UHGV virus genome: UHGV-1322810
Direction: 5' to 3' (one strand)
DNA from: a virus
DNA: 40,112 nt
Shown here: piece by piece, positions 19,356-28,255 of the stretch
Layout of the letters: each line of letters begins with the position of its first letter
Numbering within the stretch: position 1 is the stretch's first letter
The notes under the pieces: model-generated
The model's input: the letters and a program-made list of their open reading frames with translations, nothing else
Database searches by the model: none
Told to the model about the DNA's origin: nothing
Position numbers and translations under genes: made by a program

Positions 19356-19489
19356 CCTTGATGCCTCACCAGTGGGTGGAATGGCATCGTAAAACCTACT
19401 GGATAAATCAACAATCGTACCATTTTGGTATGTAACTATATCTTACCGCAGCTCGACTGTGGGGATTACTTGCGCCTGGAGCACAGTAA

Positions 19490-21373
19490 ATGTCAGATAT
19501 CACTGCAAACGTGGTTGTTTCTAACCCTCGTCCTATCTTCACTGATTCACGTACATTCCGGGCAGTAGCTAATGGTCGTATTTATATTGGTCAGATTGAT
19601 ACCGATCCAGTTAATCCTGCCAATCAGATCCCCGTATACATTGAAAATGAGGACGGCTCTCACGTCCAGATTGCTCAGCCGCTAATCATCAACGCAGCTG
19701 GTAAAATTGTATACAACGGGCAACTGGTGAAAATTGTCACCGTTCAGGGCCATAGTATGGCCATCTATGATGCCTATGGTTCTCAGGTTGACTATATCGC
19801 CAACGTTTTGAAGTATGACCCTGATCAATTGCGATTGGAGCTTTCTGGCTCAGATGGATATTCTCTAATTGGAGTTGGTCAATCAACTCTAAAACAGGCA
19901 CTTTATTACGGATTCCCAGATATGTATGGTGCTGCTGGTGATGGGTCAACTGACGACTCAACAGCTCTGCAAACATGTTTCGACAATCACTCTGTAACCA
20001 TCCTTCTAGATAAAACATATGCTTCATCTGGTGAATTAACATTAACACCAGGTAAAAGTGTAAAAGGTGAAGGTAAGGATAAGTCAATAATTAAGAAAAT
20101 AGGTTCAAGTTCTAAATATTTTCTTAAAGTTTGTGGCAGTAACGGAATTGGCTATAGTGGTTTCTGCGAAGACTTTCAGGTAGATTCTGACGGTAAAGCA
20201 GAACATACGATTTATTTTGGTGGGGATGATACAGCCACCGTTTCAAAGGGGAGGATTTCTGGCTTAAAGCCGAGAAATGGAAAAGAATCTAACGTATTAC
20301 TTGATGCTGTTCAGAATTCAACATTTATTGATATTGACTGCGCTAACGCACCTGACTTTTCAGGAAAGCGAGGTTTTTATTTAGTGAATGGAGCAGGGAA
20401 TAACATCATTATTAACTGCGAAATGTCAGGAGGAGAGCTAGGAAGTTTTGTTACAGGTCAAGATAGTTCACTTCCATGCTGGGGGCTGAATGCTTTCTCA
20501 AGGATTAATGCAAACAATACGATAAGCAGGTGTATATTAGAGAGCATTTCAAATTCTGACGTTCTTCTATTGCGTCAAAGGGCAATTCTTCTAGAGTATG
20601 CAAATTCAAATACATTCATTGCGTGTGACTCTGTTTCTGGTGAGCATAGCGATACAAATACTCACATCAAAGATACATGTTCATACAACACGTTCATAGC
20701 AACTAGCTTCGGTTCTAATCCAGGAACAACTATTGCAGCAATAAAAAATGAGGGTTTCAATACTAGACTAATTGGAGGTAACATTGATGGTTTCTCTGGA
20801 AGTCATCACATCGTCACAACTCAAGCTATAACAGCGAGAGATTGCTACGCTCAAAATGGTTTATTGGCAAAAATATTAAACTCAGCTGGTAATACAAATT
20901 CAAATATAAAGGGAACTATCCGTTATAGCCAGACATCAGGAGATATATTGCCTGAATTTATTAACCCAAATGAGTTAATAGGTGATGATGATGGTAGATA
21001 TTGGTCAACCAGAGGCACTTCATTTAGTGAGTCAATTCAATTAAAAACAGGGTATCAAAGAAAATACTCAGGGATATGTAGTATAAGTGGAGCAATTGCT
21101 TCATTTGGTATTCAGATTGAACCTGAAGGAATAAGCGACGTTACTATTGTTTTTAGGTCATCTGATTTTTCAAGCTCAGCAATGTGCAAACTGCAGTTAT
21201 GTTTTATCAAGAATCAGCTTCATACGGCTAATTCAGTTAATAACGCTTCATACAGTTCCAGTGATATATCATTATTTGCTGCTGCATTAGATGCATCAGG
21301 TTTTCTGACGGTTTCTGTGACAATTAATGGAATATCTGAACTAGCCTATTCAGCTACTGTATACGGTGATTAG
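19490..21373 (+). CDS. gp9: Tailspike: P22 gp9-like head-binding domain fused to a different beta-helix (pectate-lyase-like) receptor-binding domain.
   Basis: The first ~110 aa are nearly identical to the P22 tailspike N-terminus; the remainder has a [16 protein letters not shown] pectate-lyase-3-like motif and AT-rich codon usage. Confidence 0.85.
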   Translation: MSDITANVVVSNPRPIFTDSRTFRAVANGRIYIGQIDTDPVNPANQIPVYIENEDGSHVQIAQPLIINAAGKIVYNGQLVKIVTVQGHSMAIYDAYGSQVDYIANVLKYDPDQLRLELSGSDGYSLIGVGQSTLKQALYYGFPDMYGAAGDGSTDDSTALQTCFDNHSVTILLDKTYASSGELTLTPGKSVKGEGKDKSIIKKIGSSSKYFLKVCGSNGIGYSGFCEDFQVDSDGKAEHTIYFGGDDTATVSKGRISGLKPRNGKESNVLLDAVQNSTFIDIDCANAPDFSGKRGFYLVNGAGNNIIINCEMSGGELGSFVTGQDSSLPCWGLNAFSRINANNTISRCILESISNSDVLLLRQRAILLEYANSNTFIACDSVSGEHSDTNTHIKDTCSYNTFIATSFGSNPGTTIAAIKNEGFNTRLIGGNIDGFSGSHHIVTTQAITARDCYAQNGLLAKILNSAGNTNSNIKGTIRYSQTSGDILPEFINPNELIGDDDGRYWSTRGTSFSESIQLKTGYQRKYSGICSISGAIASFGIQIEPEGISDVTIVFRSSDFSSSAMCKLQLCFIKNQLHTANSVNNASYSSSDISLFAAALDASGFLTVSVTINGISELAYSATVYGD

Positions 21374-21790
21374 ATTTATGATGATGTATTATATTAACTA
21401 TTGAGGATGGCGACTTTACTCTATTACATAATAAATAAAAAATATCTAGCGCATAATATCACGAGATAGATGCAAGCGCTGAGACAAAAACGGGACACAC
21501 AAAGCTTTGCATCGGTTTGCAAGGCTTTGCATGTTTTTCGAAGATGGGACGTGTGATGGGGCATGGATGGGGCATAAAACATCACTCGCTCTAAGGTGAA
21601 CTTAGACGACTGATGTTTTTGACGACTCTAACCTTCTGTTATTTGGTGCGCTCTTGGACGATCTTTGTCGATTATGAAAAATACATGGTCATATGATGTC
21701 CATGCAAGTTTAGGTTACATAACCTAATGATATTTATTGTTAATATCCATCCGATCCTACTGCATGGGGCATGGATGGGGCAAACTCACT
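21374..21790. other. attP region: AT-rich, with tandem ATGGGGCA repeats, GCTTTGCAT repeats and an 8-bp-arm palindrome.
   Basis: Non-coding stretch between the tailspike and int; repeats listed in the findings. Confidence 0.55.
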
Positions 21791-23035
21791 CAATTTCTGG
21801 TTGAGCATGAGTACCTGGTCATTGTTGTTTTCTGCCATCCAGGATCCGTACACCCGGTAAACCATTTGCGCGTCGGTGTGGCCCATTTGCTTCGCGATGA
21901 AGTTAGGGTTGGCACCGGCTGCCAACGACCAGCATGCATACGTGTGTCTTGACTGGTATGCTCTGCGATAGCGAATACCTGCACGTCGCATTGCTGCCTC
22001 CCACGATTGGTTGATCGACCCCACAGCGTAATGATGCCCTGCACGGCCATTACGCGATACGATTTGCGGGTTGAACACGAATGTGCATGGATGCACATCT
22101 GTACGACCGTATTCACGAAGCTTAACCTCAACTTGATACTGCTTGCCCAGCCTGGTCATTTCAGCCTGATTCTTCAACACATCGATGGCTGGCTGAATAA
22201 GGTTTATTATTCGATCCGTTCCGGCCTCAGTTTTAGGAAGAGTGAACTCCTTCGTTAAAGTGTGGTTGCGACGGATTATCATCGTCCCCGCTTTCAGGTC
22301 GATATCTTCCCATGCCAGCGATACCAGCTCTCCATGCCTCACCCCTGTGTACACGGCCAGAGACCACATGTTTTTCAATTGCTGATGAGTACATGCATTA
22401 ATCAGCCTGACAAACTCCTCTCGTGTGAGCGGATCTGGTTCAGTACGAGACCGTTTGAGCATGGAAATGCCGTTAAACGGATTCGCCTTAACATAACCAC
22501 TGTCCGCAGCGAAGTTAAACATGCCTGACATGGTTCTCATGTAGTTGTTGACAGTCCTGACGGATCTTCCTTTCACTGGTGTCTTTTGTCCTGTCTTCAA
22601 TACGTGATAGCCGGTTAACAACTCCTTCCTGATAAAAAGCAGGTCTTCCTGTGTCACCGCAGATACCAGCTTGTCCCCACCAATTCTTGGTATCATGTTG
22701 CGCGCTATAGATGAATAGCGTGACATCGCGTTGGTGCTGATCTCCATCCGCTTCAACTCAAGCCACTTGTTCGCCAACTCGATCACAGTGATTTCCTTAT
22801 TCTCTACTCCGAATTTTTTCAGGTTCGGCGAGTCAGGAAACTGAGCAGCATAATTGAAGTTACCAGTCTTTATCGCAAAGCAAACTGACGCGCGCAATTC
22901 GCCTGCAACCTTCCTGTTTTTTGATGTATCTGGCACGCCTAGGCTTTCTCGCACCCGGGTGCCTTTATAGATGAACCATATGCGGAGCGTACCGCCATGG
23001 TTCTCCACGCCTGTTTGGTATGCTGACTTAGCCAT
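21740..23035 (-). CDS. int: Tyrosine integrase.
   Basis: 431 aa; R..HxxR..Y-type C-terminal catalytic region (HTYACW). Adjacent xis and att-like repeats. Confidence 0.85.
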   Translation of the reverse strand: MAKSAYQTGVENHGGTLRIWFIYKGTRVRESLGVPDTSKNRKVAGELRASVCFAIKTGNFNYAAQFPDSPNLKKFGVENKEITVIELANKWLELKRMEISTNAMSRYSSIARNMIPRIGGDKLVSAVTQEDLLFIRKELLTGYHVLKTGQKTPVKGRSVRTVNNYMRTMSGMFNFAADSGYVKANPFNGISMLKRSRTEPDPLTREEFVRLINACTHQQLKNMWSLAVYTGVRHGELVSLAWEDIDLKAGTMIIRRNHTLTKEFTLPKTEAGTDRIINLIQPAIDVLKNQAEMTRLGKQYQVEVKLREYGRTDVHPCTFVFNPQIVSRNGRAGHHYAVGSINQSWEAAMRRAGIRYRRAYQSRHTYACWSLAAGANPNFIAKQMGHTDAQMVYRVYGSWMAENNNDQVLMLNQKLSEFAPSMPHAVGSDGY

Positions 23036-23080
23036 TATTCCCTCCTGACGTCCAAGAGCCAGCTAAGCATAAACGGATCT

Positions 23081-23326
23081 TCATTGGCGCGCACCCGGCT
23101 GTTTCTTTGACATGCTCTCAACCCATTGGTCGACAGCCTTTCTGTTGTACATGCATTCGCTGTTTTTCTTAGGTACGCCGTCAGGGGAAACATGCAGATA
23201 TTCCCGTCCGACCATCCAGCAATTTTTTCTGGCCCGCTCGATAGTGCCCGGGCGAAGGCCGGTAATCTCGACGAGCTTTTCTTCGGTTACCCAGTCGTTA
23301 GGGACGATCAATATAGATGCTGTCAT
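23081..23326 (-). CDS. xis: Excisionase-like protein.
   Basis: 81 aa directly upstream of int with a winged-helix-like LVEITGLRPGTIERARKN. Confidence 0.65.
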   Translation of the reverse strand: MTASILIVPNDWVTEEKLVEITGLRPGTIERARKNCWMVGREYLHVSPDGVPKKNSECMYNRKAVDQWVESMSKKQPGARQ

Positions 23327-23347
23327 GGCGTTATCCTTATTTCTTAA

Positions 23348-23440
23348 TTAAGAAACAACTACATACAGAGATACAGAGCATGCGATGAAGGCAATAATTA
23401 GCGCGGCAACAAATAGCTTTGCCGATGTGGTGTATTTCAT
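23348..23440 (-). CDS. Possible 30-aa hydrophobic peptide.
   Basis: MKYTTSAKLFVAALIIAFIACSVSLYVVVS with GGAG 7 nt upstream. Below the ORF-track cutoff. Confidence 0.3.
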   Translation of the reverse strand: MKYTTSAKLFVAALIIAFIACSVSLYVVVS

Positions 23441-23546
23441 GTTTTCTCCAGGCAAAAAGAATGCCCTCACACTGGAGGGCAAATGGGGGATAACGTGGCA
23501 GTGCATTCGCACCCAATAGCCAGCTCATAACTGGCTATCAGTTGAG

Positions 23547-23756
23547 TCAGTCTTCAAGTTGGATGTAGCCTTCTTCCGGGTAATCTGTACAGCACGCGCG
23601 CAGTCCTTCATATTCAACCTGGCCGTCATCATCATGAATCACGCCGTTGTCGATGCTGATCTCTGTTTCACCATCAACCTGAGCTTCTTCTGGTGAGCTA
23701 CACATCAGCCCGGCGAAAGATGCCAGTTCGTAAATCTGTTTAATCGTTAAGTCCAT
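23547..23756 (-). CDS. Small, highly acidic hypothetical protein.
   Basis: 69 aa, rich in D/E. Confidence 0.45.
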   Translation of the reverse strand: MDLTIKQIYELASFAGLMCSSPEEAQVDGETEISIDNGVIHDDDGQVEYEGLRACCTDYPEEGYIQLED

Positions 23757-23765
23757 AATCTCTCC

Positions 23766-24005
23766 TCATGCCGCCCGCATAGCGCGGAGGCGTTTTAAGT
23801 GTTCTGCTGTTTCGATTTCTTCGGCGATCCGCTCGGCCTGTGCTTTGGTAAGCGGTTCGAATTCTTGGTTGAAACGGCCCATGCTGGCGATGCAGGTGCG
23901 ACCGTTGCGGATGTAGTGGATTACTTCGTGTGTAGATCGGAGGATTTTGCAGGGTGCACCGTGAATATCGGCGTACCAGGTATTAGGCTGGATTATCCTG
24001 AACAT
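23766..24005 (-). CDS. Hypothetical protein.
   Basis: ORF in the coupled early-left array. Confidence 0.45.
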   Translation of the reverse strand: MFRIIQPNTWYADIHGAPCKILRSTHEVIHYIRNGRTCIASMGRFNQEFEPLTKAQAERIAEEIETAEHLKRLRAMRAA

Positions 24006-24291
24006 TGGATGACTCCTGCATCATGAGGAAGACAATCATTGCGGCGCGAAGGGGATTTTCATGATACTGAGGGTACATCCCACCATGGCGAGATGAGACC
24101 CAAAGTCCATTCGACTGCTTTTTGATGCCGATGCTATTATCTACGATAATCGGCCATGCATCGGCGGGGTTGTTGCATGGATTCCAGACACCAGAATGCA
24201 GGTCGTGAATGAAGCCTTTTGCCGTATAACCCATCAATCTGGCAATATCGCAGTTAATCTCAAAGTCACTCATCTTGCTGTAATCCATCAC
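23983..24291 (-). CDS. Conserved phage hypothetical protein.
   Basis: ORF in the early-left array. Confidence 0.45.
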   Translation of the reverse strand: MMDYSKMSDFEINCDIARLMGYTAKGFIHDLHSGVWNPCNNPADAWPIIVDNSIGIKKQSNGLWVSSRHGGMYPQYHENPLRAAMIVFLMMQESSNVQDNPA

Positions 24292-24509
24292 ATCCTCCCA
24301 ATCTTCTTACGCAATTCCATATCGCTCTGGCATCCGACGCGCATCGTGCATCCCGGATACGCTTTCCGGCGCTCGTTACTGAGGCGATAACCGCATTCCT
24401 CACAGTGCGTTGCTGATACTGCTGAGTGGTTGAGTCTGTGAGCCTGAATAGCATGGTCGCGCATCATCTCTTCGAGAGCACTGGCCTGATCGATGATTTC
24501 TGATGTCAT
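24288..24509 (-). CDS. DksA/TraR-family C4 zinc-finger protein.
   Basis: HCEECG...PGCTMRVGC cysteine pairs; 73 aa. Confidence 0.55.
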   Translation of the reverse strand: MTSEIIDQASALEEMMRDHAIQAHRLNHSAVSATHCEECGYRLSNERRKAYPGCTMRVGCQSDMELRKKIGRM

Positions 24510-24778
24510 AGTCCAACAGCCTTACCCAGCCTCTCGCTGAGTTGATAGATGTGGTCGCGTAATTCAGTCAGTGTCTGAGATTCAGATTCCAGAATCTCTT
24601 TGTGCATTAACTCGCGTACCAGATGCTCAAACTTGCTGTAGTAACCAAGGCGAGAAAGCACTTCCTGACCGGCGTTTTTACCTTCCTTGGAAATCTTCTT
24701 TTCGTTAAGAATCAGGTCATGCGCAGACCCGGTGACGACGTACTTATCGCCAAGTTCAATTCGTAATTTTTCACTCAT
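24506..24778 (-). CDS. Hypothetical protein.
   Basis: ORF, coupled. Confidence 0.45.
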   Translation of the reverse strand: MSEKLRIELGDKYVVTGSAHDLILNEKKISKEGKNAGQEVLSRLGYYSKFEHLVRELMHKEILESESQTLTELRDHIYQLSERLGKAVGL

Positions 24779-24837
24779 AATCAGTGCTCCATGAACTGTC
24801 GGTTAATTCGGTTGAAGGTGAACGCGAGAAAATAAAA

Positions 24838-24866
24838 AGGCCGACATAGCGACCTTGTGATTCGTT
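24838..24866 (-). terminator. Weak intrinsic terminator within the early-left operon.
   Basis: Minus-strand RNA GGUCG-cuaugu-CGGCC followed by UUUUUAUUUU. Confidence 0.4.
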
Positions 24867-24875
24867 TGGTTAGCG

Positions 24876-25094
24876 TCATGGTTCGACTCCGTACCGGCCT
24901 TGCATTCGACCGATGCTGCTAACGAATGCCACCAGGCTGATACCAAGCGGCGCAATTTTCTGGTGATGCTTCTTGAGGATCGGCGGCACGACTGCATTCC
25001 ATTTCGGCTTAGGCATGCATTTCAGTGCCTGCTGAATCTCTGCCACGCATTTACGACCCTGTGTGCGGATAGCGTTATCCTGTTCTGGTGTCAT
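24876..25094 (-). CDS. Hypothetical protein.
   Basis: Start overlaps the Dam stop (ATGA). Confidence 0.4.
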   Translation of the reverse strand: MTPEQDNAIRTQGRKCVAEIQQALKCMPKPKWNAVVPPILKKHHQKIAPLGISLVAFVSSIGRMQGRYGVEP

Positions 25095-25642
25095 GCTGAC
25101 TCCCGGCGAGCGAGAAGTTTCGCTCCGAAAGACATCAATTCGTCACGTTCCACAGTTGCGAAGTGGCAGTGTGTACGCGGGTACGGATGCCAGATAATGA
25201 GCATCGACCCTTTGTTGTTGCCGCTTACAGGCTTACCGGTGACCGGGTTGATAAATGCCAGTCGCCCGGCGGTGATGAATCGCACCTCGCTGGCAGACTG
25301 AATAGCTTCCCGGAACCAGCCAACCGATGTGTCAGCTGGAACCAGCATGACGGTGCCAATCTGGTTCTTGCTCTCCGCTGCGGCTTTCTTCACGAATGGC
25401 GTGATGTCGCTGTATGGGGGATTCATCCAGGCGTAGCCGGGAATGGTGAGGTAATCAGTCCACGGAGTTTCCAGCGTGTTCTGCTCGGCGGTGATGAACT
25501 TTCTGCACAGCGTATTGTGCGGCGCGGCGGCCGCGTCCAGTTGAAAGCAGAACTCAGCATCCAGCGAGGCGAACAGTGCAGGCGGTGTGCGCCATAAATC
25601 ACGCTGATCTGCTGGAGTGTTGCTGCCGGTGTAATCGGTCAT
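25091..25642 (-). CDS. Phage-type DNA N6-adenine methyltransferase (Dam, PF05869-like).
   Basis: NPPYS (DPPY-type) motif; 183 aa; GGAGGA RBS. Confidence 0.7.
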   Translation of the reverse strand: MTDYTGSNTPADQRDLWRTPPALFASLDAEFCFQLDAAAAPHNTLCRKFITAEQNTLETPWTDYLTIPGYAWMNPPYSDITPFVKKAAAESKNQIGTVMLVPADTSVGWFREAIQSASEVRFITAGRLAFINPVTGKPVSGNNKGSMLIIWHPYPRTHCHFATVERDELMSFGAKLLARRESA

Positions 25643-26097
25643 GAATCCTCCCGTTCAGGATTTCTCACATCCCACCCGTTGCGCTCAATATTCACAGCCA
25701 TCCGCTTATCTCCGACCTCTTCGATACTCCTACCGGTAATCTCTGCTACTTCTGAGTTGGTGTAGCGCATGAGTATTGCTAACTCTTCCGTTGACCATTC
25801 ACGCATAGTTACTCCTCCGCAGCGGGCCAGCGCGTCACGCTTGCTTCTGACTGAGTAAATGGAGCGACCGGTTGCCGTGGCTATCTCTTCCTCTGAGAAC
25901 CGACCAAAGAGATGAAGCTCGGCTGGCGTCCATGATCTGCCACTCATCTTGCTGATAAGTGGTGCGCCGATACGTGATGCCTGGCGAGTGATTGCCGATT
26001 CGGAACGCTCAAGCTTTTCTGCGATAACCTGAATCGGCATTGTTCTGCCAACTTCATGCAGAAACAGGTTTTCCCACGGTTGCCAAAGTTCGCTCAT
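25639..26097 (-). CDS. Hypothetical protein with three tandem ~45-aa W..EEL../TGRS repeats (HTH/Myb-like).
   Basis: Repeats by eye: WENLFLHEVGRT..., WTPAELHLFGRF..ATGRSIYSV, WSTEELAILMRY..ITGRSIEEV. Confidence 0.45.
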   Translation of the reverse strand: MSELWQPWENLFLHEVGRTMPIQVIAEKLERSESAITRQASRIGAPLISKMSGRSWTPAELHLFGRFSEEEIATATGRSIYSVRSKRDALARCGGVTMREWSTEELAILMRYTNSEVAEITGRSIEEVGDKRMAVNIERNGWDVRNPEREDS

Positions 26098-26108
26098 TGA
26101 AGCACCTG

Positions 26109-26591
26109 TTATTTGATGATTAGTGATGGCTTGCCGACTTTGAGTTGAGCGCCGGGAATTGATTGTCCCGCTTTGAGTTGGTGTTTAATCGCCAACTTAT
26201 CTGCCTTGATGACGGTTTCGTATTCGACAAACTCTGGAGGAAGAGCGCTTGAGTCGACAATTTCCACTGATTCAGAAGGAGAGCGAATGGTTACCTGGTG
26301 AATGCCCGCTCTGATTTTCTTCTTTCCTGCTGTGGTTAATGCAGTTGCTATGTAAGCCTGAATGTTTTCAACTTTATTCAGAGTTACTGCTGCGCGTTCG
26401 TTGAGTGATTTTGCCTCTTCCTTGAGGCGTTCTGCGTATCCGGTTTCGTTTTTGCAGATAGCCAGCAACTGCTCAATTTTATCTGTAAGCTCGCCTTCCA
26501 TGCCTTCAAGCGTGTCGGCGATCGCATCCGCTTCGAAGTCTGAATCCATCAGCTTGGCGTAGTCGTTGGCGATTTCGTAAAGCTTACTCAC
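26109..26591 (-). CDS. Sipho_Gp157-family protein (recombination-module accessory).
   Basis: 160 aa; typical position directly upstream of the recT/erf-type annealase; GTG start with GGAGG RBS. Confidence 0.55.
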   Translation of the reverse strand: MSKLYEIANDYAKLMDSDFEADAIADTLEGMEGELTDKIEQLLAICKNETGYAERLKEEAKSLNERAAVTLNKVENIQAYIATALTTAGKKKIRAGIHQVTIRSPSESVEIVDSSALPPEFVEYETVIKADKLAIKHQLKAGQSIPGAQLKVGKPSLIIK

Positions 26592-27480
26592 TTGTCACCT
26601 CCAGCTTTGCCTTGCACTCCGCATAGATGGCCTGTACGTTCTGCTGCAACTTCATTCCTACGGTGCGCTTATAGGCATCAGCAAAGATTCGTTTCAGGTC
26701 GTCCATGTTTTCAGCTTGCGCCATTTCGTCACAAAGCGTCTGAACGTGATCGATAACTTCCTGTTGCTTCCGGCGCTCATCCTCGCGAATGTCTTCCTCT
26801 GACTTATGCGCCATAACCGGCTCCTGGAAAACACCCTCATCTTCATTGATGACGTGGATCGCGTTATCAAGACGCTCTGCGCGGGGCCAGTACTTGCTGG
26901 CTCGCTTAACGATGGTCTTACGCGCCATCTCTTCCCAGAAGTTTTTCCATGGTCCGTTCTTGGCCTTGCTGGTTGCTTCCGTAGCTTTGATTTCTGCCAG
27001 ACTCATTTCTTCTGTCAGGTAATCGCCATCAGCTGTTTTAACTGTGCAGTATCCACCGACAACTTCACCGCGATCGCCGAATGCGTTGTATTTGTGGGTT
27101 GGGGCAGTATCGAGTCCGTTCGATTCGTAGGTGTCATTTGAATACACCAGTTTGCACTGACCCCACTTAATGGAGCCGGTAGACTGCGCAAGATGCAGAA
27201 GGCCCATGTAGCTGATATCAAGGCACACCATGCCGTCGCGCGGCACCAGATAAGCCAGCTTGCTAGCCGGGTTAAGAGTGATTCCGATCGCCGCAACGTT
27301 GATAATGGCGTTCTGTGCGCTGGTAGGGTTTGATAGAGCCGTCTTGGCTAAATAGTCGTTGCGCTGGAAATACTGAATTGCGAACTGGCTTTCCTTGGCC
27401 CATGTGACTGACTGATCAGTAACCGCGCCAACAAAGAGCGGCTCCTGTTGTTTAACGAACTCAACAATGCTGATGCTCAT
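26584..27480 (-). CDS. recT: RecT-family single-strand annealing protein.
   Basis: 298 aa; AYLVPRDG, ISYMGL and the C-terminal acidic tail are typical of RecT/Red-beta. Confidence 0.8.
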   Translation of the reverse strand: MSISIVEFVKQQEPLFVGAVTDQSVTWAKESQFAIQYFQRNDYLAKTALSNPTSAQNAIINVAAIGITLNPASKLAYLVPRDGMVCLDISYMGLLHLAQSTGSIKWGQCKLVYSNDTYESNGLDTAPTHKYNAFGDRGEVVGGYCTVKTADGDYLTEEMSLAEIKATEATSKAKNGPWKNFWEEMARKTIVKRASKYWPRAERLDNAIHVINEDEGVFQEPVMAHKSEEDIREDERRKQQEVIDHVQTLCDEMAQAENMDDLKRIFADAYKRTVGMKLQQNVQAIYAECKAKLEVTSE

Positions 27481-27485
27481 TGTTA

Positions 27486-27779
27486 CTATCCCTCATTAAT
27501 ATCTGTTTGGTGGCGAGCAATTGTCTCTGCCATGTAGCGAATAAATTCAGCGGCCTTTTCCTGAAACTCGACGTCATCATCGAACGCTTTTGAAATTGCT
27601 TTCTTGCTGGCACCGCGCCGTTGCAACTCGTCAACGCACAACGATTCCAGCTTGCTCTGTGGCAATCCTTTTTCGAGGTCATCAGCCAGTTCAGATTCAC
27701 GTTCTTCTCTGGCGATCTGCTGATAATGGCGCGTCCAGTTCTGCGCCTCGATACGGTCTTGAACGAGATATGCAGCCAT
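27486..27779 (-). CDS. Hypothetical protein.
   Basis: ORF. Confidence 0.4.
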   Translation of the reverse strand: MAAYLVQDRIEAQNWTRHYQQIAREERESELADDLEKGLPQSKLESLCVDELQRRGASKKAISKAFDDDVEFQEKAAEFIRYMAETIARHQTDINEG

Positions 27780-27857
27780 AATTGGCTCCTGAAATTTGGT
27801 TGTGCGCTGCCCGTCTGCGATAGCCGGACGAGTAGGTGGAGTGGGTTTGGGTGTGGA

Positions 27858-28118
27858 TTACTTGCCGAGAGCTTTGCTGATTGCTTGCTCTGTCTGATGC
27901 AGCAGCTCTTCGGTTGGATTCAGTGATTTTTCTTTGCTTTCGTATCCGGCTGCATAAAGTTGATTTCTTAACCGAATACAAACTTCAAGTAATTCAGGAG
28001 CAGCAGAGGCTAACGTTAGCTCATCATTTGTAGCCTGAATTCGTTGAAAGATGGTGATGCTATTGGTTACATCAACGATGTAATCTTCATCAGTATCCCA
28101 ATGTTTTACATCTTTCAT
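27858..28118 (-). CDS. Hypothetical protein (start at internal Met MKDVKHW...).
   Basis: AGGAAG RBS 6 nt upstream of the internal ATG. Confidence 0.4.
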   Translation of the reverse strand: MKDVKHWDTDEDYIVDVTNSITIFQRIQATNDELTLASAAPELLEVCIRLRNQLYAAGYESKEKSLNPTEELLHQTEQAISKALGK

Positions 28119-28120
28119 AT

Positions 28121-28255
28121 TCACTTCCTGTACCATGGAAAACCAATTGCTGCCTTCATGTCGTTGTAGGCCGACATCCACATAGAGCCATCACCCAAGT
28201 AACGAGCGATTACCGCTTTGCTCTGCGCTGCTCTGAGCATGTTGTGATTAATCAT
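28121..28255 (-). CDS. 44-aa micro-ORF (MINHNMLRAAQSKAVIARYLGDGS...).
   Basis: ATGA-coupled to the upstream ORF. Confidence 0.25.
   Translation of the reverse strand: MINHNMLRAAQSKAVIARYLGDGSMWMSAYNDMKAAIGFPWYRK

Noticed and set aside
19356-19489. Expected arc and ant genes and a P22-type Omnt operator between mnt and the tailspike.
   Set aside because: There is no coding capacity for arc/ant in 134 bp, and no match to the P22 GGTCCACGGTGGACC operator. Only loosely related palindromes were found, reported as a low-confidence observation.
21374-21790. Whether the att region contains the 3' end of a tRNA (as in P22/thrW or Sf6/argW integration).
   Set aside because: No GGTTCGAnTCC / CCA-end-like segment. 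The integration target could not be inferred from the sequence alone.
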